Shown: piece by piece, positions 48,409-56,979 of the stretch
How the letters are laid out: the number at the start of each line of letters is the position of its first letter
How positions within the stretch are numbered: position 1 is the stretch's first letter
DNA from: a virus
Reading direction: 5' to 3' (one strand)
IMG/VR virus record: IMGVR_UViG_3300008448_011290
DNA: 64,000 nt
Made by a program: the position numbers and the translations under genes
The notes under the pieces: model-generated
Databases searched by the model: none
What the model saw: the letters and a program-made list of their open reading frames with translations, nothing else
Told to the model about the DNA's origin: nothing

Positions 48409-48686
48409 TTAAAAAATACTAGATAATTTCCGATACAATTCATTATTGTAAACCAACTAGCCAACATAGTTATCCATAGGTTTCTTCTACGATAAGCAGA
48501 ATAGGCCATAGTAGAGGACCCTAACAGATAAAACGGAAACACCAAATTCATTTGAGGGTGTGGACTGGTGAATGTCAGCACTAGAGAACCAAATATAGTG
48601 AATATCAAAGAGATCAGTTCATAATAAAATGCTACACGATCTGTTCGATAACTATTGATCCAAAATTGTTTTACAATACCATACAC
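48405..48686 (-). CDS. Small membrane protein (about 3 TM helices)
   Basis: Three hydrophobic segments. ATGA overlap with polB. Confidence 0.65.
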   Translation of the reverse strand: MYGIVKQFWINSYRTDRVAFYYELISLIFTIFGSLVLTFTSPHPQMNLVFPFYLLGSSTMAYSAYRRRNLWITMLASWFTIMNCIGNYLVFFK

Positions 48687-48943
48687 TAGATTTTGCCTGC
48701 TGCAGTCAATATGCTGTCTAACATATCCATATCATCGGCCACAGCTTTATAATTGTCTCGGTGAGCGATAGAGATGGCTTTGTTAATCAATGCTGGTTTA
48801 AGTTCTAATTCTTCTGATAGAGCTTTTACTGTGTCTTTGAGACCAGCTTTAAGATCGTCTATCTCTCCTAACACTTGTGATCCTTCTTTGATCAGTTGTA
48901 TTAGTTTGGTTTTTTCTGCTTCGTTGAAATTTCTTCCTGACAT
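48686..48943 (-). CDS. Small dsDNA-binding/transcription regulator-like protein (T4 DsbA/GapR-like)
   Basis: Helical EIDDLK..LKDTVK..SEELE.KP..INKAI pattern. Strong SD and its own promoter. Confidence 0.5.
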   Translation of the reverse strand: MSGRNFNEAEKTKLIQLIKEGSQVLGEIDDLKAGLKDTVKALSEELELKPALINKAISIAHRDNYKAVADDMDMLDSILTAAGKI

Positions 48944-48971
48944 TTTTTCTCCTTTGTAATTGTTGTTATGT

Positions 48972-49000
48972 ATTATATAACTCTAGGACGATTAAATCAA
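48972..49000 (-). promoter_or_regulatory. Sigma70-type promoter (TTGATT-17-TATAAT) for the polB unit
   Basis: Reverse complement reads TTGATTtaatcgtcctagagttaTATAAT. Confidence 0.7.
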
Positions 49001-49588
49001 TTACTTTTTCGCGGATTTAGTAATATTGGTCCAACGAGATTCAAACCAAGTTTTTAAATTACCTTGAATTGCTTCTGGTAAGATCAACTCGCCTGATGTT
49101 TTGGAATAAGTGACGCTTTCTAAAACAGCCTTTATTGCTTCATTTTTGGTAATTTTTTTCTTCTCTGCTGATTTTAGCACTTCATAGTAGTCTGGTCTCT
49201 CATTTAGATGGTCTAATGCAATTTCCATAGCTACTTCAAACTGATCTGTGTGTTCTTTTTCTACTTGTATGCCTGCTCGCAATTGATCTAATATATATTT
49301 TGTAGATTTATTAAATTTTTTTGCAATGTCTTGAATAGTGGGTGTGGGTTTATCCAATAGATTTGATTCTAATTTAGGATTAGGACTTGCCGGAGAAGGT
49401 CTAGGATCTTCTGATTCTCCCATAAGATGTACAGGATCTTTTACAAAATTTTTAATTCTTTTCAATCCTCTTGATCCTGCACTAATTGGTCTTTCTACTT
49501 GTGCATCAACATCCACGGTACCGTGATCTTTTAGACGCATCATATCGTCTAGGTATTGTTTATAAGAAAAAATAGGTATCTGACTCAT
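49001..49588 (-). CDS. Modular protein with a GIxVExEH...IALDHLxExPDYY (DUF5661-like) domain
   Basis: QLRAGIQVEKEHT...EIALDHLNERPDYY. TAAATA lies 5 nt upstream. Confidence 0.65.
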   Translation of the reverse strand: MSQIPIFSYKQYLDDMMRLKDHGTVDVDAQVERPISAGSRGLKRIKNFVKDPVHLMGESEDPRPSPASPNPKLESNLLDKPTPTIQDIAKKFNKSTKYILDQLRAGIQVEKEHTDQFEVAMEIALDHLNERPDYYEVLKSAEKKKITKNEAIKAVLESVTYSKTSGELILPEAIQGNLKTWFESRWTNITKSAKK

Positions 49589-49640
49589 ATTTGTATTTAT
49601 TTTGTTTTTTGATTACTCGTTTCCTTGCTACTCATGGAAA

Positions 49641-50663
49641 CTATTTTTTAGTTTCAGAAAGCTCGTCTTTGTATTCTAAATTTTCATCAACCATATCTCC
49701 CAAAGCACTCATAACTGCTTCAGGTGGAGACATTGTGTTTATAGAGACTGATGAAAAATCTGCTTCGCTGGGTTGAACTTCTGCTTGTATACCAGCATTT
49801 TTTAAAATAGTTTTAATAGCTGTAGCTTCTGTGTCTGATGTTGGACGATCTCTGTCAAAATCTCCTGCTAGTCTCACATCAAATTGTCTTGCTTCTGATT
49901 GTCCTTGGAATCCTGCGGCTTCATCTGTGTTCTCCTCTTTAGGTTCCGTTTTTTCTTCTTTTTCTTGTTTAGGTTCTTCAGCAACTGTTTCTGCTTCTGG
50001 TTGTTTCTCTTGAACCACTTCTGCTTTTTCTTCAGCTGCTTTTTCTTTTTCTGCGATAACTGCTTGTTCTAATTTTTCTGCGTCAGCGATAATTTCTTTA
50101 GTTTCTTCAGTTTTAACAAGAATGTTTGATGATTCTTCGTTGTAGATTGCTTCATTGTCTGAAATGCTGTTGTATAACTCAACCAATGCTGACTCATCGC
50201 ATGACTTGATATACTCTTGAATATCTTTTTGTACCACTTCTCTGAATGTTTTTGCATCATAGGTTTGTTCTTCTTTTTGTTCTGCTTTTAATTCTGCTAA
50301 TTTAGATTCTAACTCAGCAATTTTTTCTAATCTATTTTCTTTTTTCTTTGCTTCCTTTATTGTTTTCTTAGGAGCTTTTTTATCAGATTCTTCTATAGCT
50401 TTTGTGATATCACTCTTCTCACCTGTAATTGATTCAATTAATTTTTCTGCTTTGGGTGAAATTTTTGTAGGTTCTTTGAATTCTTTAATACCGGCTAACT
50501 TTGCAATATCCGCTAATGATATTTGTCTATCATCTAGTACTCTTGGTTCTTTTTTAGCTGCTTCTAGTAATTCCTGTCTCTCTTGCTCAGGAGTAATATT
50601 GCTCATCTCATTTAAGCGTTTAACTAGATCTGCAAACCCGTCGTTGTATGTTTTACGTGTCAT
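49641..50663 (-). CDS. Acidic coiled-coil protein, putative head core/scaffold-like
   Basis: Very E/K-rich with an IAKLAGI motif. TATAAATA lies 6 nt upstream. Confidence 0.55.
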   Translation of the reverse strand: MTRKTYNDGFADLVKRLNEMSNITPEQERQELLEAAKKEPRVLDDRQISLADIAKLAGIKEFKEPTKISPKAEKLIESITGEKSDITKAIEESDKKAPKKTIKEAKKKENRLEKIAELESKLAELKAEQKEEQTYDAKTFREVVQKDIQEYIKSCDESALVELYNSISDNEAIYNEESSNILVKTEETKEIIADAEKLEQAVIAEKEKAAEEKAEVVQEKQPEAETVAEEPKQEKEEKTEPKEENTDEAAGFQGQSEARQFDVRLAGDFDRDRPTSDTEATAIKTILKNAGIQAEVQPSEADFSSVSINTMSPPEAVMSALGDMVDENLEYKDELSETKK

Positions 50664-50669
50664 ATGAAG

Positions 50670-50677
50670 TATTTATA
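50670..50677 (-). promoter_or_regulatory. T4-type late promoter TATAAATA
   Basis: Exact T4 late consensus on the - strand, immediately upstream of ATG 50663. Confidence 0.65.
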
Positions 50678-50703
50678 AAATCTTGTATTATAATAATATA
50701 TTA

Positions 50704-52317
50704 TTATTTCAGCTTATTTGCAAGTTTTTCGGCTAATTTAGACTCGTATTTCACACAGTTATCCACTCTTTTGCCACCTTTCATCTTGGTGCCCATGCGT
50801 CTATAACCTTTCCAGCATGCTTTACCATCTAACCCTTTTTGTTTTTCTTCAGTGTTTATGCTCTGTCCTTCACCGCCTACTAAATCGCCTGCTCGTGCTG
50901 GTCTTTTCATTGTGCCGGTTAAATGTGCTGCTGGTCCTAACTTGTGTTTATTGCTGCCTGCGAATGCGCTCTTAGGCAACATAGATTCTTTGCTTTTATT
51001 ATAATCTTTAATAGGTGACATGATCTTGTCTATAATCTTATCTTTAAAACTCTCGTTTTCTTTTTTATATTCTGTTGGCATAAATTTAGAATATCTATCC
51101 TGCATATTTTTTACCGTGTTTAGGTTCTGTCCAGAATTTAAACTTATCTTTGCTGTCTCTATATCCTGCTTGATATTCTTTATCATCTGTTGATCGTTTT
51201 TTTGGTTAGCAACGTCTAATGCCTTGTTCATGGCCTGAATCACTGGCACGCTGTTGTCCATGGCGTTGTTAATTGATCCAATGCCTGCCACACTGCCCAC
51301 AATGATGCCAGCAGCAGCAATTCTTTGTAACCAATCTTTTAATCCTTCATCTAATTCTATTTCTTTTAAATTATTGTAATTTTTTTTAAAGTAATCCTGT
51401 GCCACATTATAATTGCTGGATGAGAACACTGTCTTGCTATCTTTGTCCAGCACATTCCACTTGCCATCTGCAGCTTGACTCACATAAGGTTTTTGTGTGC
51501 TTTCAAAATGTTTTGAATAAGGATTTCTTTTAGCAAATTCTCTGCCATATCGAAATTCTTGACCCTGTGCTAATTCTTTGGCTGAGAAACCTGGACGTAT
51601 AACTCCACCAGCATGTTGTTTGGCGAAATCTTCTCTTTTTTTGAAAAATGCTCTGATCTCATCTGGAGACATACTGTCCAATTTGGCTTTAGTCTTCGCC
51701 ATTGATGATGGTAGTCTAGAACCTGCTTCGTTGGTTTTTCTATTTTCTTGAGCACGTTCTTTTTCAAATTGGTGTACTCTTTTCTTTAATATATTCAGCA
51801 TGCCAGGTTTGGTCTCTACGTCATCCACAGGAGTTTCTGTGGCTAGAATTTCATCGATATTCTTTTTTACTATTTCAGCATGCTTCTGATGTAGATCTCC
51901 TATTTCTTCTCTGTAGGGATTTAATCTTTGATAGTCTTCATAATGATACACTGCGTCCAGCATGTCCACTGCTCGATTCATTTTAGTTTGTAGCCAAGCT
52001 TCAATATCATCGCCAGGTCGTACTATAGAAGCAATCTGCAGAGCATATTTGGCAGTTGCATACAACTGTGATTTTGACATGTGTCCTTCTCCAGCGTCTT
52101 CTGAGAATGTTTGTCCTTCTAAATAATTTCCAATAGATGCGATATAACCTGATGCTAGATCAATTTTTTTAGCCACCCAAGATTCCATTTCTTGGTCGTT
52201 GTTTAATAAGTTATGAATTTTTATTGCGTATTTGCCTGCTCTAATAGCCTGTTTAATGAACATACTGGCTTCATATGTGTCCGGTTGTACTGGTACATTT
52301 AATTCATTAATACGCAT
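50704..52317 (-). CDS. Modular putative internal virion protein
   Basis: Start refined to MRINE. Two tandem E.W...K...A helical repeats and a C-terminal KACWKGY...GTK.KGG..VDNCV module. Confidence 0.65.
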   Translation of the reverse strand: MRINELNVPVQPDTYEASMFIKQAIRAGKYAIKIHNLLNNDQEMESWVAKKIDLASGYIASIGNYLEGQTFSEDAGEGHMSKSQLYATAKYALQIASIVRPGDDIEAWLQTKMNRAVDMLDAVYHYEDYQRLNPYREEIGDLHQKHAEIVKKNIDEILATETPVDDVETKPGMLNILKKRVHQFEKERAQENRKTNEAGSRLPSSMAKTKAKLDSMSPDEIRAFFKKREDFAKQHAGGVIRPGFSAKELAQGQEFRYGREFAKRNPYSKHFESTQKPYVSQAADGKWNVLDKDSKTVFSSSNYNVAQDYFKKNYNNLKEIELDEGLKDWLQRIAAAGIIVGSVAGIGSINNAMDNSVPVIQAMNKALDVANQKNDQQMIKNIKQDIETAKISLNSGQNLNTVKNMQDRYSKFMPTEYKKENESFKDKIIDKIMSPIKDYNKSKESMLPKSAFAGSNKHKLGPAAHLTGTMKRPARAGDLVGGEGQSINTEEKQKGLDGKACWKGYRRMGTKMKGGKRVDNCVKYESKLAEKLANKLK

Positions 52318-52325
52318 GTGCTTAT

Positions 52326-52490
52326 TTATGCTGGTTGACAACGGTTGCAGTGGCAGTTACGGCAAACTTCTATGGTCCACTCACGCACCGTTTTATCATT
52401 AATAGTCTCTTGCTCTTTTCTTTTGAGAGTTTTTTTACAATGGCTGGATCCGCCACAGTTGATACAGTAAGGTTTTTCTTTCTTGCTCAT
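52326..52490 (-). CDS. Small Cys-rich putative zinc-binding protein (54 aa, absent from ORF track)
   Basis: MSKKEKPYCINCGGSSHCKK...EVCRNCHCNRCQPA*. Confidence 0.7.
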   Translation of the reverse strand: MSKKEKPYCINCGGSSHCKKTLKRKEQETINDKTVREWTIEVCRNCHCNRCQPA

Positions 52491-52505
52491 TATTTTTATT
52501 TAATC

Positions 52506-53807
52506 TTATCTTAGATATCCAATATCTTTTCTATATGTAAAATTACCCATATTTTTGTTTTTTAAGAATGCATATAGATTGTCGCTAGCTAAGTCTATGT
52601 TATCAGCAGTTGTTGTAATTACTGAAGAAAGTGAATTTTGTTGTGTATTATATTGAATACAAATATTTTCAATAGGAGGATATAGTTCTGGAAATTGAAT
52701 AATATTATTTTTTCTTAAATCTAAATTATATTCTTTATTAATTATTCGTATCGATACTGCTGATTTATTAGAAAATTTAACTGGTTTTAATTCTTGGTTT
52801 GTTGCTGCTTTATAAAAAAGATCAACAATATTATCATCTATTACAGATAAAATACTTTGTATTTCTGGGCAACCTGGACGTGTGTTTATTTCTAAAACAA
52901 TAGGAGTTCCATTTTTATCAATAATAATTCCTAAATATAAAAAACCAATATAACTAATTCTTTTTTCTTTTAATAGTTTACGTAAACGATCTATATAAGA
53001 ATGAATAATAGGATTCACATCAGTAACAGGACTATAAGATCCCATACCAGCAGTGTTATATCCTTGATCATTTTCATATCTTTTTTTATAATCTCTAGCA
53101 CATCCTAAATATGTCCAACTAGTATCGTTCATTAATGCATGATATGAAAATTCTCTAATGCCATCAATATATTCCTCGATAAGAAATTTTTGATTTTCAA
53201 AAAATTTTGTTGTTAATAAATCAGTAGTTTCTTTTTTTAATAAATCAAATTCTTCTTTATAATTTTCATTTGTAATAATTATTGTTGGAGATTTAGGATT
53301 AGAACCTTCAAGGAAATTTTTTCCTACTAATTCTTCTCGCCAATATTGATCATATTTTAAAACAAATGGTCGAGGTATATTTAAAAATTCTTTAATTAAT
53401 TCTTGAAGATTATATTCTTTACTAACAGAAGTTGGTATTCCAGCTTCCTTAAGGAACTTTTTTCCTATAATTTTAGACCATTCTAACATACCTACTTGTC
53501 TGTTAGACATTAATACTGCTGCCTTACTATTTTTCATTTTATTGTAAAATTCTGTCCACAATTGATATTGATTATTCATAGGAAGAATTAAATCAACAAT
53601 ATTTTTGTAAGGAAATTCTAAAATAAATTCTTTATTTTTTTCAACAGTAATATCTGAATAAAACAATGATATTGGAATATATCGATCAGTTTTTAAAGAA
53701 TTTATAGGAGCACCTAAATGATACATGGTTTCGACTTTGTTACATTTTAACATAGTTTGTACTATAAAATCTGTACTAGCAGAATTACCAAGAATAGCAA
53801 TTTTCAT
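52506..53807 (-). CDS. purD: Divergent phosphoribosylamine-glycine ligase-like ATP-grasp enzyme
   Basis: SKIIGK.FL..GIPT, IEEYIDG.EFS, DYKK...D.G.NTAGMGSYSP and LEINTRPGCPE. N-terminal GxGGREH and KADGLAAGKGV are not conserved. Confidence 0.7.
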   Translation of the reverse strand: MKIAILGNSASTDFIVQTMLKCNKVETMYHLGAPINSLKTDRYIPISLFYSDITVEKNKEFILEFPYKNIVDLILPMNNQYQLWTEFYNKMKNSKAAVLMSNRQVGMLEWSKIIGKKFLKEAGIPTSVSKEYNLQELIKEFLNIPRPFVLKYDQYWREELVGKNFLEGSNPKSPTIIITNENYKEEFDLLKKETTDLLTTKFFENQKFLIEEYIDGIREFSYHALMNDTSWTYLGCARDYKKRYENDQGYNTAGMGSYSPVTDVNPIIHSYIDRLRKLLKEKRISYIGFLYLGIIIDKNGTPIVLEINTRPGCPEIQSILSVIDDNIVDLFYKAATNQELKPVKFSNKSAVSIRIINKEYNLDLRKNNIIQFPELYPPIENICIQYNTQQNSLSSVITTTADNIDLASDNLYAFLKNKNMGNFTYRKDIGYLR

Positions 53808-53812
53808 AAAAA

Positions 53813-53820
53813 TATTTATA
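53813..53820 (-). promoter_or_regulatory. T4-type late promoter TATAAATA
   Basis: Lies 5 nt upstream of the purD-like ATG. Confidence 0.6.
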
Positions 53821-53850
53821 ATTAAAAATTATAGGAAGTTTTTTAATTTA

Positions 53851-54114
53851 TTATCTTCTCACCAGTGGCCCACCAAATAGACTGGTGCCTGCTAATTCGT
53901 GTGCGCCTTTGGCAGTGCCATTGGAATTTTTTGGTGTGTATGCTGCAGGCACTCGAGGTGCTCGTTTTCCTGACTGTCCTGGTGTGCCTGTGTAACTCTT
54001 CTTAAATCTATCTGGTCCTATAGCGATATGCGGAGAAACAACCGTAGCAATACTGCCTGATGATGTGGCTCCTGCTGATGCTGTTTCTCTAATCAGTATT
54101 TCGTTGATTCTCAT
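53851..54114 (-). CDS. Small putative internal virion protein
   Basis: MRINEILIRE|TASAGATSSGSIATV. TAAATA lies upstream. Confidence 0.7.
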   Translation of the reverse strand: MRINEILIRETASAGATSSGSIATVVSPHIAIGPDRFKKSYTGTPGQSGKRAPRVPAAYTPKNSNGTAKGAHELAGTSLFGGPLVRR

Positions 54115-54115
54115 T

Positions 54116-54958
54116 CTACTTGTATTTATTGCTTAAAGGTACAACAAAATCTTTTACAAAGAAACGATTGATGTAAAAAAATCCCTTAGGAGTTATACCT
54201 TTAGGCCAATATATGTTATGTTTTTTTTCCATAGTGATATGTAACACAGCATCACCACCAAACACAGGATCTAATTTTGATCTTTGTTTTCCTGTATTAT
54301 CAAACAGCGTAAAATATTGATTTAAATTTAGAGGCCATCCAACCTTTTTTTTATAAAATTGTAAAATTTTTCGAAGATTGTATGAACACCCACGACGTGA
54401 ATATACTTGTAAAAAATTTTCTGTATAATTTATAGGATCTTCAAACAACGAATAAGGGATAATATAAAAGTGACTCAAGTATACTAATGTTGATTTGGAC
54501 ATAAATCCATTTGTATAATCACTGTCAGCATTTTTTATCTCTATACGCAATTCATATTGTGCTGTCTTTAAAACTTCGTTGTCTATAACATAAACAAGAA
54601 TTTTAGGGTGTTTTATATTTGATAGAGTGTTAAATTCTGGATCAAATTCTTTACAAATTTCTACAAATGAAATTTTACTCATTCCTTTTTTATCCCACCA
54701 AAAGTTATCTAATATATGGTTTTTTTCAAATAGACTTGGATCCAATTCGTTTTGTCCTACATGTAATTGACGTGATAGAAAAGAACTATCTACATTTTCA
54801 TTGCTTAAAAATGATAGCTTTTTATCTCTCACATATTCTTCTGTATAAAATTCAGAAATCTCTATCTCGTCGATCATGATGTCGCCCACATAGATCCTGG
54901 CCGTGGGTGCCTTCTTGTAAATTTGACAATAGAAACCTAAAAATATGACCTGCTTCAT
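54116..54958 (-). CDS. Hypothetical protein (AT-rich)
   Basis: 280 aa. N-terminus resembles 58887..59366. Contains DYTNGFMSKST. Confidence 0.65.
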   Translation of the reverse strand: MKQVIFLGFYCQIYKKAPTARIYVGDIMIDEIEISEFYTEEYVRDKKLSFLSNENVDSSFLSRQLHVGQNELDPSLFEKNHILDNFWWDKKGMSKISFVEICKEFDPEFNTLSNIKHPKILVYVIDNEVLKTAQYELRIEIKNADSDYTNGFMSKSTLVYLSHFYIIPYSLFEDPINYTENFLQVYSRRGCSYNLRKILQFYKKKVGWPLNLNQYFTLFDNTGKQRSKLDPVFGGDAVLHITMEKKHNIYWPKGITPKGFFYINRFFVKDFVVPLSNKYK

Positions 54959-54988
54959 ATCTTTAGTTATTTTCTTTTAGTTTGAGTA

Positions 54989-55303
54989 TTATTTTTTTCG
55001 GCCTTGGCGCATGTTAATCTGCCAGTGTGCCAGTTGTTTTTTACGTGGCGAAGCAGTTTTAGAACTGCGTATCTTTTTTAATTGTGCTATGGTAGCACCT
55101 TTGGGTATGCCTGCTCGTTTAGAATCACCTGGACGACCCGGACCTTTTCCATCAGCAAAGTTTTCATCTACAGCATTTGTTAAATGTAATTTTTTTAAAT
55201 TTCTTTCGGTCTCGCTAGGTTTAACATCTGCAGTAGTATTTTGTTTGGTGATTATACCTACACCAGCAGCATCTTCTCTCTGTATTACTTCTCGGATTTT
55301 CAT
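54989..55303 (-). CDS. Small putative internal virion protein
   Basis: MKIREVIQRE|DAAGVG...VDE|NFADGKGPGRPG...AHWQINM. Confidence 0.7.
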   Translation of the reverse strand: MKIREVIQREDAAGVGIITKQNTTADVKPSETERNLKKLHLTNAVDENFADGKGPGRPGDSKRAGIPKGATIAQLKKIRSSKTASPRKKQLAHWQINMRQGRKK

Positions 55304-55467
55304 TTGACTCTGAATGGATATCCCATAGGAAAACCTGGATGGTAACCCATTTTAGTTCGTTGTTTTACTCTCTTGATGGCACGCTTCTCATATCGGTTAA
55401 TGATCTTGTTCACGTCTGGGTGTATTAATTTGGGATCTTGTGTGTAGATTATCTCTCGTATCTTCAT
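55300..55467 (-). CDS. Small basic protein
   Basis: Start refined to MKIREII. ATGA overlaps on both sides. Confidence 0.6.
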   Translation of the reverse strand: MKIREIIYTQDPKLIHPDVNKIINRYEKRAIKRVKQRTKMGYHPGFPMGYPFRVK

Positions 55468-55904
55468 TTTTTTAATGTGCTTTTCAACATCCAAGCATGT
55501 TTGCTGTGTGCGTCGATTCTTTCAGCAATAAAATTGCCAAATCCATGCATGTGATTTGCTTCTAAAACGTCAAAAGCAGTACCAAGACTTTTTAATACTT
55601 TTTCGTTACTGTCTATTAAATTTTGCATCATTTTTTCAGCAACAGGTATTTCATCTGATTGTTGTATAGTGGCTAATTCTTTTAATCGATCAAACACTCC
55701 TGGAGCATAGGTACCCATAGATCTTAATTCTTCTGCAAACGTATCAATTGAACCAAACACTTCTTCATATATCTTGCCCAGTAACTCATGATCCTGTGAG
55801 AAGTTTCTGCCTTCTACATTCCAATGATAATAGTGTGCTTGAAGATAGAATAGGAAAGTATCTGCGAAAGCCTGTTTTGCAATTTTACCAATTTCTGGAG
55901 TCAT
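55464..55904 (-). CDS. dps: Dps/ferritin-like DNA-protection protein
   Basis: HYYHWNVEG.NF..DHEL..IYE...D..AE.LR and H.K.AWML. Confidence 0.9.
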   Translation of the reverse strand: MTPEIGKIAKQAFADTFLFYLQAHYYHWNVEGRNFSQDHELLGKIYEEVFGSIDTFAEELRSMGTYAPGVFDRLKELATIQQSDEIPVAEKMMQNLIDSNEKVLKSLGTAFDVLEANHMHGFGNFIAERIDAHSKHAWMLKSTLKK

Positions 55905-55915
55905 ATAATATGCTT

Positions 55916-56131
55916 CTATTTATTAGATTTACGAGGCATAGGATTTTCTCCTGTAAGATACGGTCTTGCAAACCATAACTTAAACCATTCCTGTGTGCCT
56001 GGTTGTATGTTGTGTTTTCTCTGATATTCAGCTTTTTCTGTAGCAGAGTGAGATACATTTTCTCCCACACTGGGATTGTGTTCTGCTGTATTACTAATAC
56101 CTGCTAATCTTCGTAGATGTTCCAGGTCCAT
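55916..56131 (-). CDS. Small putative internal virion protein
   Basis: MDLEHLRRLAGI...IQPGTQEWFKLWF. Confidence 0.7.
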   Translation of the reverse strand: MDLEHLRRLAGISNTAEHNPSVGENVSHSATEKAEYQRKHNIQPGTQEWFKLWFARPYLTGENPMPRKSNK

Positions 56132-56136
56132 ATTGA

Positions 56137-56757
56137 TTAAGAGGAAAATACTTCCAATGCGTGATTATAATGTTTGATACGATCTTCCAATCCAATAGTA
56201 CCACCGTTGATACGTTTGGTCATGGTTAAAATATCTCCTGCATCAGCATACTGATTTAGATTGTTGGTCTTCCAAAACCAGCAAGCAGACTTTACTGCAC
56301 CTTCGAAGGTTTCCAACAGTGCGGGCACTTCTTCTACTGCCATGCCAATACTTTCAGCAAATTTAGTGTAGTTGTTACGACCTGTAAGTTGTATCAACCC
56401 TCTGCCACAATAACGAAATCCATCTCCAGATGATTCGTCACCGTTGCCCATTCTGCCGCCGTAAACTCGATTAGCAATCTGCTCTTGTTTGTGTGCATAT
56501 TCTTGTGCTAATTCATCTGTGGGGAAATATTTCGGGAATACCTTTCTTAAACTCTCCCATTTATAGTTTAAATTCTCTTTTAATCTCTTGAATCCACCAC
56601 TCTCGTGTGTGCATTGTGCTATGAAAGCAGACACTCGCTCGGGAGTATTGATTTCATATTCAGGAAGAACATTTGATAGTGCTTCGTGCCATCCATCTAG
56701 ATTAGGATTATTACCAATTATAGATTGCAATTGTTCTTTAGTAAAAGTGAATGACAT
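56137..56757 (-). CDS. Glycoside hydrolase family 19 endolysin
   Basis: FIAQCTHESGGF, ENLNY, GDGFRYCGRGLIQLTGRNNY and INGG..GL.DR. Confidence 0.9.
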   Translation of the reverse strand: MSFTFTKEQLQSIIGNNPNLDGWHEALSNVLPEYEINTPERVSAFIAQCTHESGGFKRLKENLNYKWESLRKVFPKYFPTDELAQEYAHKQEQIANRVYGGRMGNGDESSGDGFRYCGRGLIQLTGRNNYTKFAESIGMAVEEVPALLETFEGAVKSACWFWKTNNLNQYADAGDILTMTKRINGGTIGLEDRIKHYNHALEVFSS

Positions 56758-56760
56758 AGA

Positions 56761-56979
56761 TTATTCCTTATCTTCTTCGGCTTGTGCTTTGATTTCTGCT
56801 TCGGTGTACTGTAGTTTTCCACCATAGTTTAAACTGGATGCTCCTTTAGCAATGCCTGGTTTTAACTTTTCAACTTTGCCACCTTTAGCAAGAAACTCTT
56901 GCATCATACGATCTTTTTCGTCCTGAGCCATTTTAATCTCTTGATCTGATCTATAATCTCTTCTAATATCAATTACCAT
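56761..56979 (-). CDS. Small protein with a SutA-like EFLAKGGKV motif
   Basis: MMQEFLAKGGKVEKL resembles the RNA-polymerase-binding segment of SutA. Confidence 0.5.
   Translation of the reverse strand: MVIDIRRDYRSDQEIKMAQDEKDRMMQEFLAKGGKVEKLKPGIAKGASSLNYGGKLQYTEAEIKAQAEEDKE

Noticed and set aside
52326-52505. Possible structured ncRNA in the apparent gap upstream of 50704..52317
   Set aside because: The gap is filled by a 54 aa Cys-rich ORF.
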